Shown piece after piece: positions 27,492-37,930 of a DNA stretch of 64,000 nt; the first letter of the stretch is position 1, and each line of letters begins with the position of its first letter. This DNA comes from Acidaminococcus sp. (GTDB lineage: Bacteria; Bacillota; Negativicutes; Acidaminococcales; Acidaminococcaceae), in NCBI GenBank assembly GCA_019416065.1, contig DXYB01000003.1:644-64643 (forward strand). The letters run 5' to 3'. The notes under the pieces are model-generated. The model did not search any database. It worked only from the letters and a program-made list of their open reading frames with translations, and was not told the DNA's origin. A program made the translations under genes and the position numbers.

Positions 27492-28177
27492 GGGTTCTTT
27501 CCCTCCTTTACTTTGGAATATTCCATATGCCGGGTTCCTTTAAAAGCAGGGATTTCCACATCATTTTTTTGTTTTACATCAACTTCAATGCCCCAAAATT
27601 TCAGGGTTTCCACCACGCCGCCCCGGAGTCGCAGCGCACTTTCCAGGGACTTAGGATCTCCGATAGCACGGATCTCATAAGGCGGGGTAAAGCGGGTATT
27701 GTTGACACTTACCGTTGGTCCGGCACAGCGGACTTCTGATACGTCCAGCAACCTCTGCTGATTAAAAGAAAGTGCTTCGGCCCCGGCTGCCCGCAATTCA
27801 TTTAAAATCCGTAGCAAGTCATCATCGTGAATCACATACAAATTGGGGTTTTCTCCTTTTTTAGGCTTCACATGACTATCATCTACCGTGACCACGACAC
27901 CAGGTCCCGTAAGAGCTGTTTCTCCAGCTTTTGTTTTGAGGGCTTCCAGGGCAACACCGTCCCCATTCCCATTTTTTTGCATTTCTTCTAGTTGTGCATT
28001 CAGGCGTTTATTCTCGGTTTCCGCATCTTTGAGTTTAGCCACCAGGTCTTCTGCCCGGTGTTGGTTTAAGGAAGCTCTGGCTTGTTCTGCGCTGCGGAAC
28101 TGGGTGGAAATCATAACGCCCACCAGGAGGCACACCAGGAAAGTAAAAAATTTCTCGCGTTTGTTGTGATGCACCAT
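27488..28177 (-). CDS. DUF881 family division-associated protein (YlxW-like)
   Basis: N-terminal TM, coiled coil (AETENKRLNAQLEEMQ), C-terminal GPGVVVTVDD...IHDDDLL..LNELRAAGAEA pattern. ATGA overlap with sbp. Confidence 0.8.
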   Translation of the reverse strand: MVHHNKREKFFTFLVCLLVGVMISTQFRSAEQARASLNQHRAEDLVAKLKDAETENKRLNAQLEEMQKNGNGDGVALEALKTKAGETALTGPGVVVTVDDSHVKPKKGENPNLYVIHDDDLLRILNELRAAGAEALSFNQQRLLDVSEVRCAGPTVSVNNTRFTPPYEIRAIGDPKSLESALRLRGGVVETLKFWGIEVDVKQKNDVEIPAFKGTRHMEYSKVKEGKNP

Positions 28178-28195
28178 GGCGTTCTCCTCAGTTTT

Positions 28196-29155
28196 TTATT
28201 TTCCCAGTACTTTCACATAGGGTTTTTCATACGTCACATCAATGTACTCTGCTTTAATTTTTTTTGTCTCCAGCTCCCGGCAGATAGCTGCAATGGTATC
28301 CAGCTTATTATTGGCATTTTCATACGTCCCTACAATAAGCGGCACGCCGCCAGATAGATAGAATTTTAAATTCTTGTTGGTATCCATAGCAATACCCGTG
28401 ATCCGATCACGAAGCGGTGCACTTAGCTTGCCTAAAAAGCCCAAGATGCCTAGGACTTCCGGATCATCCGTCAGCTCTCCCAAAGAAAGGTCCTTGCCTA
28501 TACTGTAACCCGTAAGTACCGGTGCAGAACCATCAGCAATGCCTTGCCCCACTCCGATCACATGTCCTGTAGCGTCCAATTTACCATAGGTCTTACCCGT
28601 AAAATTTACGTAGAGTACAGGCTGCCGGTCATTAACATACAATTTTAACGTTAGCGGCCAGCCATAGCCCAATGTGGCTTTTTCCACACGGTAATCGCTG
28701 CGTACCTTTTGCAACAGGTTGTGCCAGTTTAACCGGAATAGATTCATGGGCTTAGGTGCATCAGCCATTTGTTCTACTTCTTCCTGGGTAAGTAGCGCAG
28801 TGCCTTCTACCTGCAACCTTCCAAAAGCGACCCATGGCTGATGCAAAAAGGCTACTAGGCCAAGTATCATGGCGAGCACAGCTAGGAGACGAAAAATCCG
28901 TCCTTTTTGCAGGCCTTTCGGTTTCTTTTTGGGATTGCGCCTGCGCTGTTGCATTGATGGTTCTTCTTCCATGCGATGCTGCGTTACCATTTCTTCCTTG
29001 TACCGATTTTCCTGACGCAAACGGGCCCGTTGCAGCTCCTCCCGAAAGGTAGGTCGATGGGTTCCTTCCAGGTTGCGTGAATCCGTATGCGATTCGTTTG
29101 TTGGCATCTGCCGGGATCGGCGTACCCGGGGCTGCATCCACTTGGGTCTATCCAT
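28196..29155 (-). CDS. ftsQ: Cell division protein FtsQ/DivIB with a long basic N-terminal extension
   Basis: Single TM (IFRLLAVLAMILGLVAFL) followed by POTRA-like RLQVEGTALLTQEEV and an FtsQ-type C-terminal domain. Position between ddl and ftsZ. Exact start uncertain (no clear RBS at 29155). Confidence 0.8.
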   Translation of the reverse strand: MDRPKWMQPRVRRSRQMPTNESHTDSRNLEGTHRPTFREELQRARLRQENRYKEEMVTQHRMEEEPSMQQRRRNPKKKPKGLQKGRIFRLLAVLAMILGLVAFLHQPWVAFGRLQVEGTALLTQEEVEQMADAPKPMNLFRLNWHNLLQKVRSDYRVEKATLGYGWPLTLKLYVNDRQPVLYVNFTGKTYGKLDATGHVIGVGQGIADGSAPVLTGYSIGKDLSLGELTDDPEVLGILGFLGKLSAPLRDRITGIAMDTNKNLKFYLSGGVPLIVGTYENANNKLDTIAAICRELETKKIKAEYIDVTYEKPYVKVLGK

Positions 29156-29156
29156 A

Positions 29157-30089
29157 CTATCTGGCCGATTGCAGAATTTTTTCGCACAGATCCGGGAAGG
29201 AAAGCCCCATGGCAGCTGCCGCTTTAGGAATCAGACTGGTAGCGGTCATACCAGGGACAGTGTTGACTTCCAGTGCAATGGCCGTACCATCTTCTGCCAG
29301 CATGAGATCCGTCCGTGCCACGCCGCTGCACCCCAATGCGTTGTAGGCTGCTACAGCAATTTGCTGCAGCCGTTTTGTAGTGGATTCATCAAAAGGAGCC
29401 GGGCACGTATAGGTAGTAGCTCCCTTGGTATATTTATTGTGAAAATCATAGAAATTTTCATGGGGTTCGATGAGAACTAAGGGCATCCCCACAGGCTTGC
29501 CATCTGCTCCTGGCATCACGCCGGCAGCTACTTCTTTTCCCTTAAAGAAGGCTTCTGCCAGTACCCGGTCGCCATACCGGAATGCCTCTTCCAGGGCTGC
29601 TTCCAATTGTTGCTCATCTTTTACAATAGTAACTCCAATACTGGATCCCTGGGCTGCCGGTTTGACCACACAGGGAATCCCCAGTTCCTGGAGAATCCGT
29701 TTTTTAGGGGACACTGCATCCTGTTTCGTAATGTACAGGCATTTGGCCGTGGGCACATGATTATTTTCAAATAAGTGCTTGGTAAAAAATTTATCCATGG
29801 CCACGGCACTCGCCAGGACGCGGCTGCCTGTATAAGGAATCCCCAGCATTTCCAATATACCCTGAAGTCGCCCGTCTTCTCCGTATAGTCCGTGCACCGC
29901 ATTAAAGACAACGGTGGCGCCACTTTCTTTTAACTGTTCCACAATGTGCTGAGGATCCAGATCAATTCCCACGGCCTCATACTCTTTTTCCTGTAGGGCG
30001 CTTAGAATTGCATTTCCTGTGTTCAGGGATACTTCCCGTTCTTTAGAAGGGCCTCCCATTACAACGGCTATTTTAATATCCTTATGCAT
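29157..30089 (-). CDS. ddl: D-alanine--D-alanine ligase
   Basis: KIAVVMGGPSKEREVSL, HGLYGEDGRLQG, ATP-grasp core, C-terminal EVNTVPGMT. Confidence 0.95.
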   Translation of the reverse strand: MHKDIKIAVVMGGPSKEREVSLNTGNAILSALQEKEYEAVGIDLDPQHIVEQLKESGATVVFNAVHGLYGEDGRLQGILEMLGIPYTGSRVLASAVAMDKFFTKHLFENNHVPTAKCLYITKQDAVSPKKRILQELGIPCVVKPAAQGSSIGVTIVKDEQQLEAALEEAFRYGDRVLAEAFFKGKEVAAGVMPGADGKPVGMPLVLIEPHENFYDFHNKYTKGATTYTCPAPFDESTTKRLQQIAVAAYNALGCSGVARTDLMLAEDGTAIALEVNTVPGMTATSLIPKAAAAMGLSFPDLCEKILQSAR

Positions 30090-31494
30090 TTTCCTGCCTC
30101 CGTTCCAATGCTTTTACCAGCGCTTCTCCCAGCTTGAAAATATCTCCTGCTCCCACGGTCATTACCAGATCCCCCGGTTGGACCATCGTTTCCAGTTTTT
30201 CCAGGATGGTGGTTTGATCCGGCAGGTATGTCACTGATTGCCCTGTAGTATGATGGATTTCTTCGGCCAATTTTTCCCCCGTCACCCCTGGGATCGGATC
30301 TTCGCTGGCTGCGTAAATAGCTGTGATAATGAGTTCATCCGCTGCCTTAAAAGCTACGGCAAACTCTTCATGAAGCAATTGGGTACGGGTATAGCGATGC
30401 GGCTGGAAAACCACCAATAGCCTCTTAGGCTGCGTTTGCCGGGCGGCAGCCAGTGTCGCTTCTACTTCTGTAGGATGGTGCGCATAATCATCCACCACCC
30501 AGATATCATGTATTTTTCCCTTAGTTTCAAACCGGCGTTTAGCCCCGGTGAATTTTTCCAAAGAAGCTAAAATGGTGGGAAGGGGAATACCTAGTAGCTC
30601 CGCCGTAGCAATCGCTCCCAATGCATTTTGCACATTGTGCCGGCCCGGAACGATCAAATGACACTGCCCAAGGACGTTTCCCTGCCGCACTACATCAAAT
30701 GTACTGCCACTAGCCTCGTAGTGAATATTTTGGGCAGTGTACTCCGCATCGGGAGCTGTCAGTCCGTAACTTACCACTTGCTTATCCGTATGCATTCCAA
30801 TCTCGTGAACCCGTGCATTATCATAGCATAGCACTGCAGTCCCGCCGGGCTTAATCTGGCTGACGAATTGGTTGAAAGCCTTAGTGATATTTTCTTGGCT
30901 GCCATAATGATCCAGGTGGTCGTCTTCAATATTGGTGACAACAGCAATAAACGGATGAAACTTCAGGAAGGACCCGTCACTCTCATCGGCTTCTGCCACC
31001 ACATACCCGCTTTCCCCACTGCGGGCGTTGGAGTGAAGATTATTCACCACGCCCCCCACCACAATGGTGGGATCCAATCCGGCATCCACGGTAATACAGC
31101 TTAACATGCTACTGGTGGTCGTCTTCCCATGGGCGCCGGCCACCGCAATGCCATTATGTTTATTCATAAGATAGGCCAAAACATCGCTGCGGTGAATCAC
31201 AGGCACTTGGCGGCGTCTTGCTTCTACCAATTCCGGGTTATCTGGATGAATGGCAGTGGAAACAACGACCACTTCCGCCCGTTCAATCTGGCAGGCTGCG
31301 TGACCGATAAAGACCAATGCTCCTTCTTTTGCCAATTTGGTCGCCATGAACCCGGGCTTCACATCACTGCCGGAAACGCTATATCCCCGCTTGATCAATA
31401 CATACGCCAGAGCGCTCATGCCGGCACCCCCGATGCCAATAAAGTGTATATTTTTTACGGTATCCAAGTCAACCACGATGGATGTCCTCCTCAT
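30082..31494 (-). CDS. murC: UDP-N-acetylmuramate--L-alanine ligase
   Basis: IHFIGIGGAGMSALA, AGAHGKTTTSSM Mur ligase motifs. Start is ATG 31494 or, perhaps more likely, in-frame GTG 31476, which lies 9 nt after AGGAGG and just past the murG stop. Confidence 0.92.
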   Translation of the reverse strand: MRRTSIVVDLDTVKNIHFIGIGGAGMSALAYVLIKRGYSVSGSDVKPGFMATKLAKEGALVFIGHAACQIERAEVVVVSTAIHPDNPELVEARRRQVPVIHRSDVLAYLMNKHNGIAVAGAHGKTTTSSMLSCITVDAGLDPTIVVGGVVNNLHSNARSGESGYVVAEADESDGSFLKFHPFIAVVTNIEDDHLDHYGSQENITKAFNQFVSQIKPGGTAVLCYDNARVHEIGMHTDKQVVSYGLTAPDAEYTAQNIHYEASGSTFDVVRQGNVLGQCHLIVPGRHNVQNALGAIATAELLGIPLPTILASLEKFTGAKRRFETKGKIHDIWVVDDYAHHPTEVEATLAAARQTQPKRLLVVFQPHRYTRTQLLHEEFAVAFKAADELIITAIYAASEDPIPGVTGEKLAEEIHHTTGQSVTYLPDQTTILEKLETMVQPGDLVMTVGAGDIFKLGEALVKALERRQENA

Positions 31495-32596
31495 TTTGTT
31501 TTGCCAGGGCAAGGGCCGCTTGGGCAATGGTCATTGCGGCATCCGGGCGAGCAGCTTTTAAAGCAGCTAGGTGCATTTTTTGCAGTAACCCCGGATCTTT
31601 AAAAAGCTGCTGAATTTTGTCCAAAAGCCAGGTGCCTGTCAGCGCGTTGTCCAAAATGACTTCGGCAGCACCTTGGGCCGCCAGTGCGCGGGCATTGTAT
31701 TCTTGATGATTGGCAGTCGCATAGGGATAGGGAACCAGCACAGAAGGAACACCCCGCGCCATAAGTTCTGCTAGTCCGATAGCCCCAGCCCGGCTTACTG
31801 CCAAGTCAGCTGCGGCTAGCGCCTTGGGCATCGCATGGAGGTAAGGCAGAACATGGATATTCTTTGCTTCCATAATGTCCTTTCCCAGCTTAGCCGCATG
31901 CGTTTCGTAGCCAGCGGTTCCGGTAGCGTGCAGTATCTGGATATGCGGATCGTGAGCTAATACCCGTTCCACTTCTACCATGGCAGTGTTAATCGCCCTC
32001 GCACCTCGACTCCCGCCAAAAACCAACAACGTCTTTTTAGCCGGGTCCAGATGGAACTCCTGCACACCCTCTTCCCGTTTTACCGCCAAGATTTCCTGCC
32101 GTACAGGGTTTCCAGTATAGATTTTTTCCCCGTGGGAAGAAAAATACGGTGCTGCCTCCTGGTAACCTAGAAACACGTTATCTACAAAACGGGATAAAAT
32201 TTTATTGGTCACGCCGGGCATAGCATTTTGCTCCTGGATACAAGTAGGAATTTTCTTCCAGGCCGCCCAAAAGAGAATGGGACCGCATACGTAGCCTCCC
32301 GTTCCTATCACTAGATCCGGTTGAATTTCCCCCAGCAGCTTGTGGGCTTCCTGCATACCCAAAAGCAATTTTCCCGCACTCTTTAACGTAGAAAGTCCTA
32401 AATGCCGTTCAAAGCCAGCGACTTCAATAAATTTCAGGGGATATCCGTAGCGGGGAATAATATCCTTTTCCAATCCTTTTTGCGTTCCCACAAACGTGAT
32501 TTCGCACTGGGGATCCAGTTGCTGCAAGGTGTCGGCGATGGTAAGAGCCGGATAGATATGGCCTCCGGTCCCGCCGCCGGATAAAATCACTTTCAC
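31469..32596 (-). CDS. murG: Undecaprenyldiphospho-muramoylpentapeptide beta-N-acetylglucosaminyltransferase
   Basis: VILSGGGTGGHIYPAL N-terminus, GGSRGAR, SRAGA..LAEL motifs. GTG start overlaps the murD stop (GTGA). Confidence 0.95.
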   Translation of the reverse strand: MKVILSGGGTGGHIYPALTIADTLQQLDPQCEITFVGTQKGLEKDIIPRYGYPLKFIEVAGFERHLGLSTLKSAGKLLLGMQEAHKLLGEIQPDLVIGTGGYVCGPILFWAAWKKIPTCIQEQNAMPGVTNKILSRFVDNVFLGYQEAAPYFSSHGEKIYTGNPVRQEILAVKREEGVQEFHLDPAKKTLLVFGGSRGARAINTAMVEVERVLAHDPHIQILHATGTAGYETHAAKLGKDIMEAKNIHVLPYLHAMPKALAAADLAVSRAGAIGLAELMARGVPSVLVPYPYATANHQEYNARALAAQGAAEVILDNALTGTWLLDKIQQLFKDPGLLQKMHLAALKAARPDAAMTIAQAALALAKQNEEDIHRG

Positions 32597-33966
32597 GCTT
32601 GTGCCTCCTTCGCCAGCTGCTGGACAATTTTTTTAAAAACCCGTCCCCGCTCCGGATAGTTATTGAACATATCATAGGATGAGCAGGCCGGGGACAAAAG
32701 GACTACCTCCGGTGCTTTGGCCATACTGCTGGCCTTGCGTACCGCTTCTTCAAAGCTCCCATCAACTAAGACAACATTTTTTACGCCATGATCTTTTGCC
32801 GCTTGGGCAAACCGCTGCCGCGCTTCTCCTAAGAGGATCAAGGCGTCGGTCTTTTTTTTGGCCATTTCCATAAAATCATCCAGGCTAGTCATTTTATCAT
32901 GGCCGCCTGCGAGCAGAATCACGTGGCCCTCTTTAAAAGCCTCCAGTGCTTTCACCGCCGAATCCGTATTGGTGGCCTTGGAATCATTATAGTATTTAAC
33001 ACCAGCAATGGTTGCTACATATTCCAAACGATGTTCCACACCCTTAAAGGTCTTTAGCACCTTTGCCATGGCCTCTGGCTTTACCCCCGCAAAGAAGGCA
33101 CACAAGCAGGCAGCTAATACATCCTGTTCATTGTGGGCACCAAAGATTTGCAAATCAGAAACCTGACAAATTCTTACTATGACGCCTTTCCACTTAATGG
33201 TAAACCATCCGTCTTCAATAAAGCCCCCTTCTGGTAGAACTTTTTTTGTACTAAAATACACAACCCGGCTTTTAGCTTTTATTCCCAGGCCACTGGAAAC
33301 CGGATCGTCGGCATTTAAAATCAGTATATCTTCGGGGCGTTGAAAAGCAAAAATTTTGGATTTTGCTGCCACATAACCAGCCATATCCCCGTGCCGTTCA
33401 AAATGATCGGGCGTAATATTTACGATACAGGCAATATCCGGAGCCAGACTGGTGGTTCCTTCCAATTGAAAGCTAGATAGTTCTGCCGCCACATACGAAT
33501 TCTCATCCAGGTGCTGTAATTCTTTACTCAGGGCAAACCCAATATTTCCCGCCACTGCCGTTTTGACCGGCAAGGATTGCAACATCTGCCCCAAAAGGGT
33601 CGTTGTCGTTGTTTTCCCATTGCTTCCGGTAATGGCACACCAATGTCCTTTATATAAGCGGCTGGCTTCCTCGGCCTCTGCGATAATTTCCAGGCCCAGT
33701 GCCCGGGCTTTTTTCACCGTTTCCGTGGTAAAGGGAATCCCAGGGGAAATAATAAACAAATGGCAGGCTTTCAGGTACGGTTCCGGGTCTACCTGGCATA
33801 CATACTGTCCCCCTTTGGCAGCAAACTTCTCCAACCAACGAGGATCCAGTGCCTTTTCACTATCATTGTATAAAATGACCTCTTCTCCCCGGTCACTTAA
33901 GACTTCTGAAACGCCAATACCGCTGATACCGGCACCGTAGACAAAAATTTTCTTGGTTTCACCCAT
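32593..33966 (-). CDS. murD: UDP-N-acetylmuramoylalanine--D-glutamate ligase
   Basis: VYGAGISGIGV, ITGSNGKTTTTTL, DSKATN motifs. Confidence 0.95.
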   Translation of the reverse strand: MGETKKIFVYGAGISGIGVSEVLSDRGEEVILYNDSEKALDPRWLEKFAAKGGQYVCQVDPEPYLKACHLFIISPGIPFTTETVKKARALGLEIIAEAEEASRLYKGHWCAITGSNGKTTTTTLLGQMLQSLPVKTAVAGNIGFALSKELQHLDENSYVAAELSSFQLEGTTSLAPDIACIVNITPDHFERHGDMAGYVAAKSKIFAFQRPEDILILNADDPVSSGLGIKAKSRVVYFSTKKVLPEGGFIEDGWFTIKWKGVIVRICQVSDLQIFGAHNEQDVLAACLCAFFAGVKPEAMAKVLKTFKGVEHRLEYVATIAGVKYYNDSKATNTDSAVKALEAFKEGHVILLAGGHDKMTSLDDFMEMAKKKTDALILLGEARQRFAQAAKDHGVKNVVLVDGSFEEAVRKASSMAKAPEVVLLSPACSSYDMFNNYPERGRVFKKIVQQLAKEAQA

Positions 33967-33987
33967 AGGAAACGTCCTCCCTTATCC

Positions 33988-34962
33988 TTATTTATACAAA
34001 TATAAGGCAATCCCACACAGGGAAAATATACAGCTCATAACAAAAAATAATTTTACCACGGATGTTTCTTTCCTACCACCCAGTTCAAAATGATGATGCA
34101 AAGGTGCCATACGAAAGATACGTTTGCCATGGGTCAGCTTAAAATATCCCACTTGAAGTATCACGGATAAGGCTTCTAGAACATATACGCCGCCGATAAC
34201 GACCAGTAAGAGTTCCTGTCTTGTTCCAATGGCCACCGCTGCTACGGCGCCGCCCAGTGCCAATGACCCGGTATCCCCCATAAAGCAGCGTGCCGGATGG
34301 TGATTATATAGTAAAAATCCCAGGCAAGTCCCTACAATCGCCAGTGAAAACCAGGCTTCTGGCAGATGCTGGCTATCGTAGGCGATATACGCATAGGCCA
34401 ACATTACAGGAACCGTTACACTGGCGGCAAGGCCATCCAGTCCGTCCGTCAAGTTGACCGCATTGGTTGTGCCCACCAGGAGAAGTAAAAAGAAGGCAAC
34501 ATAGCCGGCTCCCAAATAATATCCTTTTCCTAGTACGGGGATCCACAAATCCATATTGAAGAAGGCACGATCTCCCGGCAAGAGGAGATAAAAGCCAGCC
34601 ACCAAGAGCTGCAGGAGCATCTTTTGCCGGGCTGTCAGCCCCAGATTTCGCTTAAAGCCAATTTTCAGGCCGTCATCCAAAAGCCCGATAAGTCCATAGC
34701 CAGCAAATAGCCATAGCGCCATCAGGCTATGTCTATCTTTTGGAGTCCAGAGTAAGATCGTAATGGCAACGGCCGACAACATCATCAAGCCGCCCATCGT
34801 AGGCGTTCCGCTTTTCTTTAGATGTTCCTTAGGACCACATTCCCGAATGCTTTGCCCAAAATGCAGCCGATGCAATAAAGGGATCAGCATATATCCGATT
34901 CCTGCTGTAGCGATAAAGGAAGTCAATAAAACAGCCATTCCCTTTAGGGCACTTTCTGTCAT
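33988..34962 (-). CDS. mraY: Phospho-N-acetylmuramoyl-pentapeptide transferase
   Basis: GPKEHLKKSGTPTMGG, NAVNLTDGLDGLA, MGDTGSLALGG, HHHFE motifs. Confidence 0.97.
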   Translation of the reverse strand: MTESALKGMAVLLTSFIATAGIGYMLIPLLHRLHFGQSIRECGPKEHLKKSGTPTMGGLMMLSAVAITILLWTPKDRHSLMALWLFAGYGLIGLLDDGLKIGFKRNLGLTARQKMLLQLLVAGFYLLLPGDRAFFNMDLWIPVLGKGYYLGAGYVAFFLLLLVGTTNAVNLTDGLDGLAASVTVPVMLAYAYIAYDSQHLPEAWFSLAIVGTCLGFLLYNHHPARCFMGDTGSLALGGAVAAVAIGTRQELLLVVIGGVYVLEALSVILQVGYFKLTHGKRIFRMAPLHHHFELGGRKETSVVKLFFVMSCIFSLCGIALYLYK

Positions 34963-36341
34963 TGTACGTCCTCCTTATCGGTGAAAACCATGGAAACCAA
35001 CTGATCTACTCCCATAGCATGGGAGCCTTTTAATAAAACCGTATCCCCCGGTTGCAAACTCTTAGCAAGGACCTTGGCTGCCGTTTTTTGATCCACGCAG
35101 TACTGGACAGTCACGCCCGCTTTTTGGGCAGCCTGCGCCATATAACATGACGCAGGGCCATAACAAATGAGTTCCTCGACTCCATATTGGCCTGCCCATT
35201 TCCCCACTGCTTCGTGTCCACTCCGGGAATGAGAACCCAATTCCAGCATATCGGCCAATACTGCTACGGCTCGACCTCTTCCTTTACTGCGTGCTACATT
35301 CTGCAGCGCTTCCAATCCCGCTTTCATAGAGGCCGGGCTGGCGTTATAGGCGTCATTAATTACAGTAATATCTCCAAATTGCAAGATTTCCTGCCGCATC
35401 CCCGTCATCTGGAGATGCTCCAGTCCGTGGGCAATGTTCTCGTCTGGCACACCATACACCTCGCCCACAGCAATGGCAGCTAATGCATCTAGGACATTAT
35501 GGCGACCCAAAAGAGGCAGCCGTACTGTCTGTAAGTTTCCTGTAATCCGACTTACATAGGCAAATTCTGTTTCTAGTCCTTTCCCTTCAACAGAAACCGC
35601 CTTCACATCGGCAGCACTATCGACGCCATAGGTATGTACAGTAGCGCCGGTTTGCATATCCCGCACCCGGGGATCATCCCCGTTTAGAAAGGCATCATTG
35701 CTAGCCGTAAAATTTTCCAGTATTTCACTTTTGGCTTTCGCAATATTTTCTATGGAACCTAAAAGTTCCAAATGGGCTTCTCCTACATTGGTGATAACGG
35801 CTGCATCCGGTACTGCGATGGCCTTCATGGCACGAATTTGCCCCAGTCCTCGCATCCCCATCTCTACCACCGCGATTTCTGTATCCGGCTGAATGGCAAA
35901 AAGGGTTTTGGGAAGCCCGATTTCATTATTAAAGTTGGCCTGGGTTTTCACTACCCGATAACGCTCTTCCAGTACCGCACTTATCATATCCTTCGTGGTG
36001 GTTTTTCCGTTGCTTCCGGTAATGGCTATGACTTTCAATTTTGGAAAACTTAAACGATAGGCTTTGGCAATTTGCTGATACGCCAAAAGCGTATCCTGTA
36101 CCACAAAGCAGTGCCTAGCATCCACATGGTCGGGCACATGTTCCACGACCGCAGCTGCGGCTCCTTTGGCAAACGCTTTTTCCACAAAAGCATGCCCGTC
36201 AAATTTTTCTCCCTTTAAAGCAACAAACAAGTTGCCTGCTGCAATGGTCCGGGAATCCGTGGTCACGTCAGTAAATTCCGTAATGAGCGGTATATTGTTG
36301 GAACATTGCAGCGCTTTTTGTACTAGTTCAACAGTCAGCAT
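34959..36341 (-). CDS. murF: UDP-N-acetylmuramoyl-tripeptide--D-alanyl-D-alanine ligase
   Basis: ITGSNGKTTTKDM, DAYNASP motifs. Start at ATG 36341 (MLTVELVQ), overlapping the murE end by 14 nt. Confidence 0.93.
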   Translation of the reverse strand: MLTVELVQKALQCSNNIPLITEFTDVTTDSRTIAAGNLFVALKGEKFDGHAFVEKAFAKGAAAAVVEHVPDHVDARHCFVVQDTLLAYQQIAKAYRLSFPKLKVIAITGSNGKTTTKDMISAVLEERYRVVKTQANFNNEIGLPKTLFAIQPDTEIAVVEMGMRGLGQIRAMKAIAVPDAAVITNVGEAHLELLGSIENIAKAKSEILENFTASNDAFLNGDDPRVRDMQTGATVHTYGVDSAADVKAVSVEGKGLETEFAYVSRITGNLQTVRLPLLGRHNVLDALAAIAVGEVYGVPDENIAHGLEHLQMTGMRQEILQFGDITVINDAYNASPASMKAGLEALQNVARSKGRGRAVAVLADMLELGSHSRSGHEAVGKWAGQYGVEELICYGPASCYMAQAAQKAGVTVQYCVDQKTAAKVLAKSLQPGDTVLLKGSHAMGVDQLVSMVFTDKEDVQ

Positions 36342-37833
36342 GGCCCGTCCCCTTTTGAAAATATGTCCGGACCACTTCGCCGTCATCGAAATGAATGGTT
36401 CGGTCTTTTAGAATCTGATAGTTTTCATGGCCTTTCCCGGCGATCATCACGACGTCCTTAGGAGACGCATGACTGATGGCATATTCAATGGCTGTTTTAC
36501 GATCGCTAATCGTATGGATTTCTTTGCCGTCTGGAGGATTGACCAGGCCTTCCTTGATATCCCGGATAATTGCATCCGGATCCTCGCTGCGAGGATTATC
36601 ACTAGTTACGACCAAGACATCCGCCAAATCTAAAGCAATTTTCCCCATGATAGGCCGCTTTTTACGATCCCGATCGCCACCGCACCCGAATACTACCCAA
36701 AGTTTTCCCTGGGTGATTTCCCGACTGGTATGTAGCACATTTTCCAAGCCATCAGGGGTATGGGCATAGTCCACAATAACAGTAAAAGGCTGTCCGGCAT
36801 GAATCAGTTGAAAGCGTCCGGGCACTCCTTGAAACGCGTTTAACCCTTTTTCAATTTCTTCTTTAGAAAGGCCTTCTGCAATTGCGGCGCAAATTATTCC
36901 CATAACGTTATACACATTAAATTCCCCGGTAATATGCAATTTCAGCTGCATATCTCCCAGCGGAGTATGAAGATGCAGTTCCATATGAGTTGCCGCCACA
37001 TGGAAGGTATAGGGGTACACGTCATAGGTATCTTTCATGCCAAAAGTCATGATTTTGGTTTGTACCCGGTTCATGATCAAGGCAGCGCTGGGATCATCCG
37101 CATTAAAAATTGCTGTCTTGTGAGGCTTATTCCCCTCATGGAGATGTAAAAATAAAAGGGCTTTGGCTTCCCGGTAATTTTCCATAGTTTTATGGAAATC
37201 CAAATGATCCTGTGTCAAGTTGGTAAAAACGGCAGTATCGTATTCGATACCCGCAACACGATTAAGGGCAAGGGCATGGGAAGAAACTTCCATGACCACC
37301 ACGTCGCAGCCCGCTTGCTGCATCTCATAGAGCATACGTTGCAAGTCCACCACATTGGGGGTTGTATTGCGGGAGGGGATTACCCTATCTCCGATACAAT
37401 TATGGATCGTTCCGATAAGACCCACCTTATGTCCATTTTCCGTAAACAAGTCACGCAAAATAGTAGTCGTGGTTGTTTTCCCATTGGTCCCGGTGACGCC
37501 AATCATCCGCATCTTGGAAGACGGATACTCATAAAACCAAGGTGCCAGATGGGTCATAGCCGCTTGTGTGCTGGGCACCCGGATCACTGTACAACCTGTG
37601 GATTCTGGAACGGTTATGTCTTCTTCTGCCAAAATAGCACTGGCGCCTTGGGATACGGCTTTGTCAGCATAGGCATGTCCATTGGTATGTTCCCCTTTTA
37701 AGCATATAAAAAGGCAGCCAGGTCCTGCCATGCGGGAATCAATTGTCAGCTGTGTGACAGTTTTTTCTCCATGACCGGCTGCGATTTTACCATCGGGCAG
37801 CTGCGCCAGAATTTCCTCTATCGTTCTTTCCAT
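36328..37833 (-). CDS. murE: UDP-N-acetylmuramoyl-L-alanyl-D-glutamate--2,6-diaminopimelate ligase
   Basis: VTGTNGKTTTTT, DYAHTPDG, and TSDNPRSEDP (DNPR motif associated with meso-DAP specificity). Start at ATG 37833 (or 37839) after GGGGG; the track extension to 37929 was rejected. Confidence 0.93.
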   Translation of the reverse strand: MERTIEEILAQLPDGKIAAGHGEKTVTQLTIDSRMAGPGCLFICLKGEHTNGHAYADKAVSQGASAILAEEDITVPESTGCTVIRVPSTQAAMTHLAPWFYEYPSSKMRMIGVTGTNGKTTTTTILRDLFTENGHKVGLIGTIHNCIGDRVIPSRNTTPNVVDLQRMLYEMQQAGCDVVVMEVSSHALALNRVAGIEYDTAVFTNLTQDHLDFHKTMENYREAKALLFLHLHEGNKPHKTAIFNADDPSAALIMNRVQTKIMTFGMKDTYDVYPYTFHVAATHMELHLHTPLGDMQLKLHITGEFNVYNVMGIICAAIAEGLSKEEIEKGLNAFQGVPGRFQLIHAGQPFTVIVDYAHTPDGLENVLHTSREITQGKLWVVFGCGGDRDRKKRPIMGKIALDLADVLVVTSDNPRSEDPDAIIRDIKEGLVNPPDGKEIHTISDRKTAIEYAISHASPKDVVMIAGKGHENYQILKDRTIHFDDGEVVRTYFQKGTGHADC

Positions 37834-37930
37834 GTCCATCCCCCTAGTTTTCTTTTCAGACAAAACAAAAGGCCTGCCACAGCTGCGGCAGGCACCATAT
37901 ATATTGGAGGAGACAGCCGCAGGCAGCATG

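Noticed and set aside
28761-29141. 126-aa alternative-frame ORF inside ftsQ
   Set aside because: It is on the same strand as ftsQ but out of frame, Arg/Gly/Ala-rich and without an RBS. The FtsQ frame carries the TM and POTRA features.
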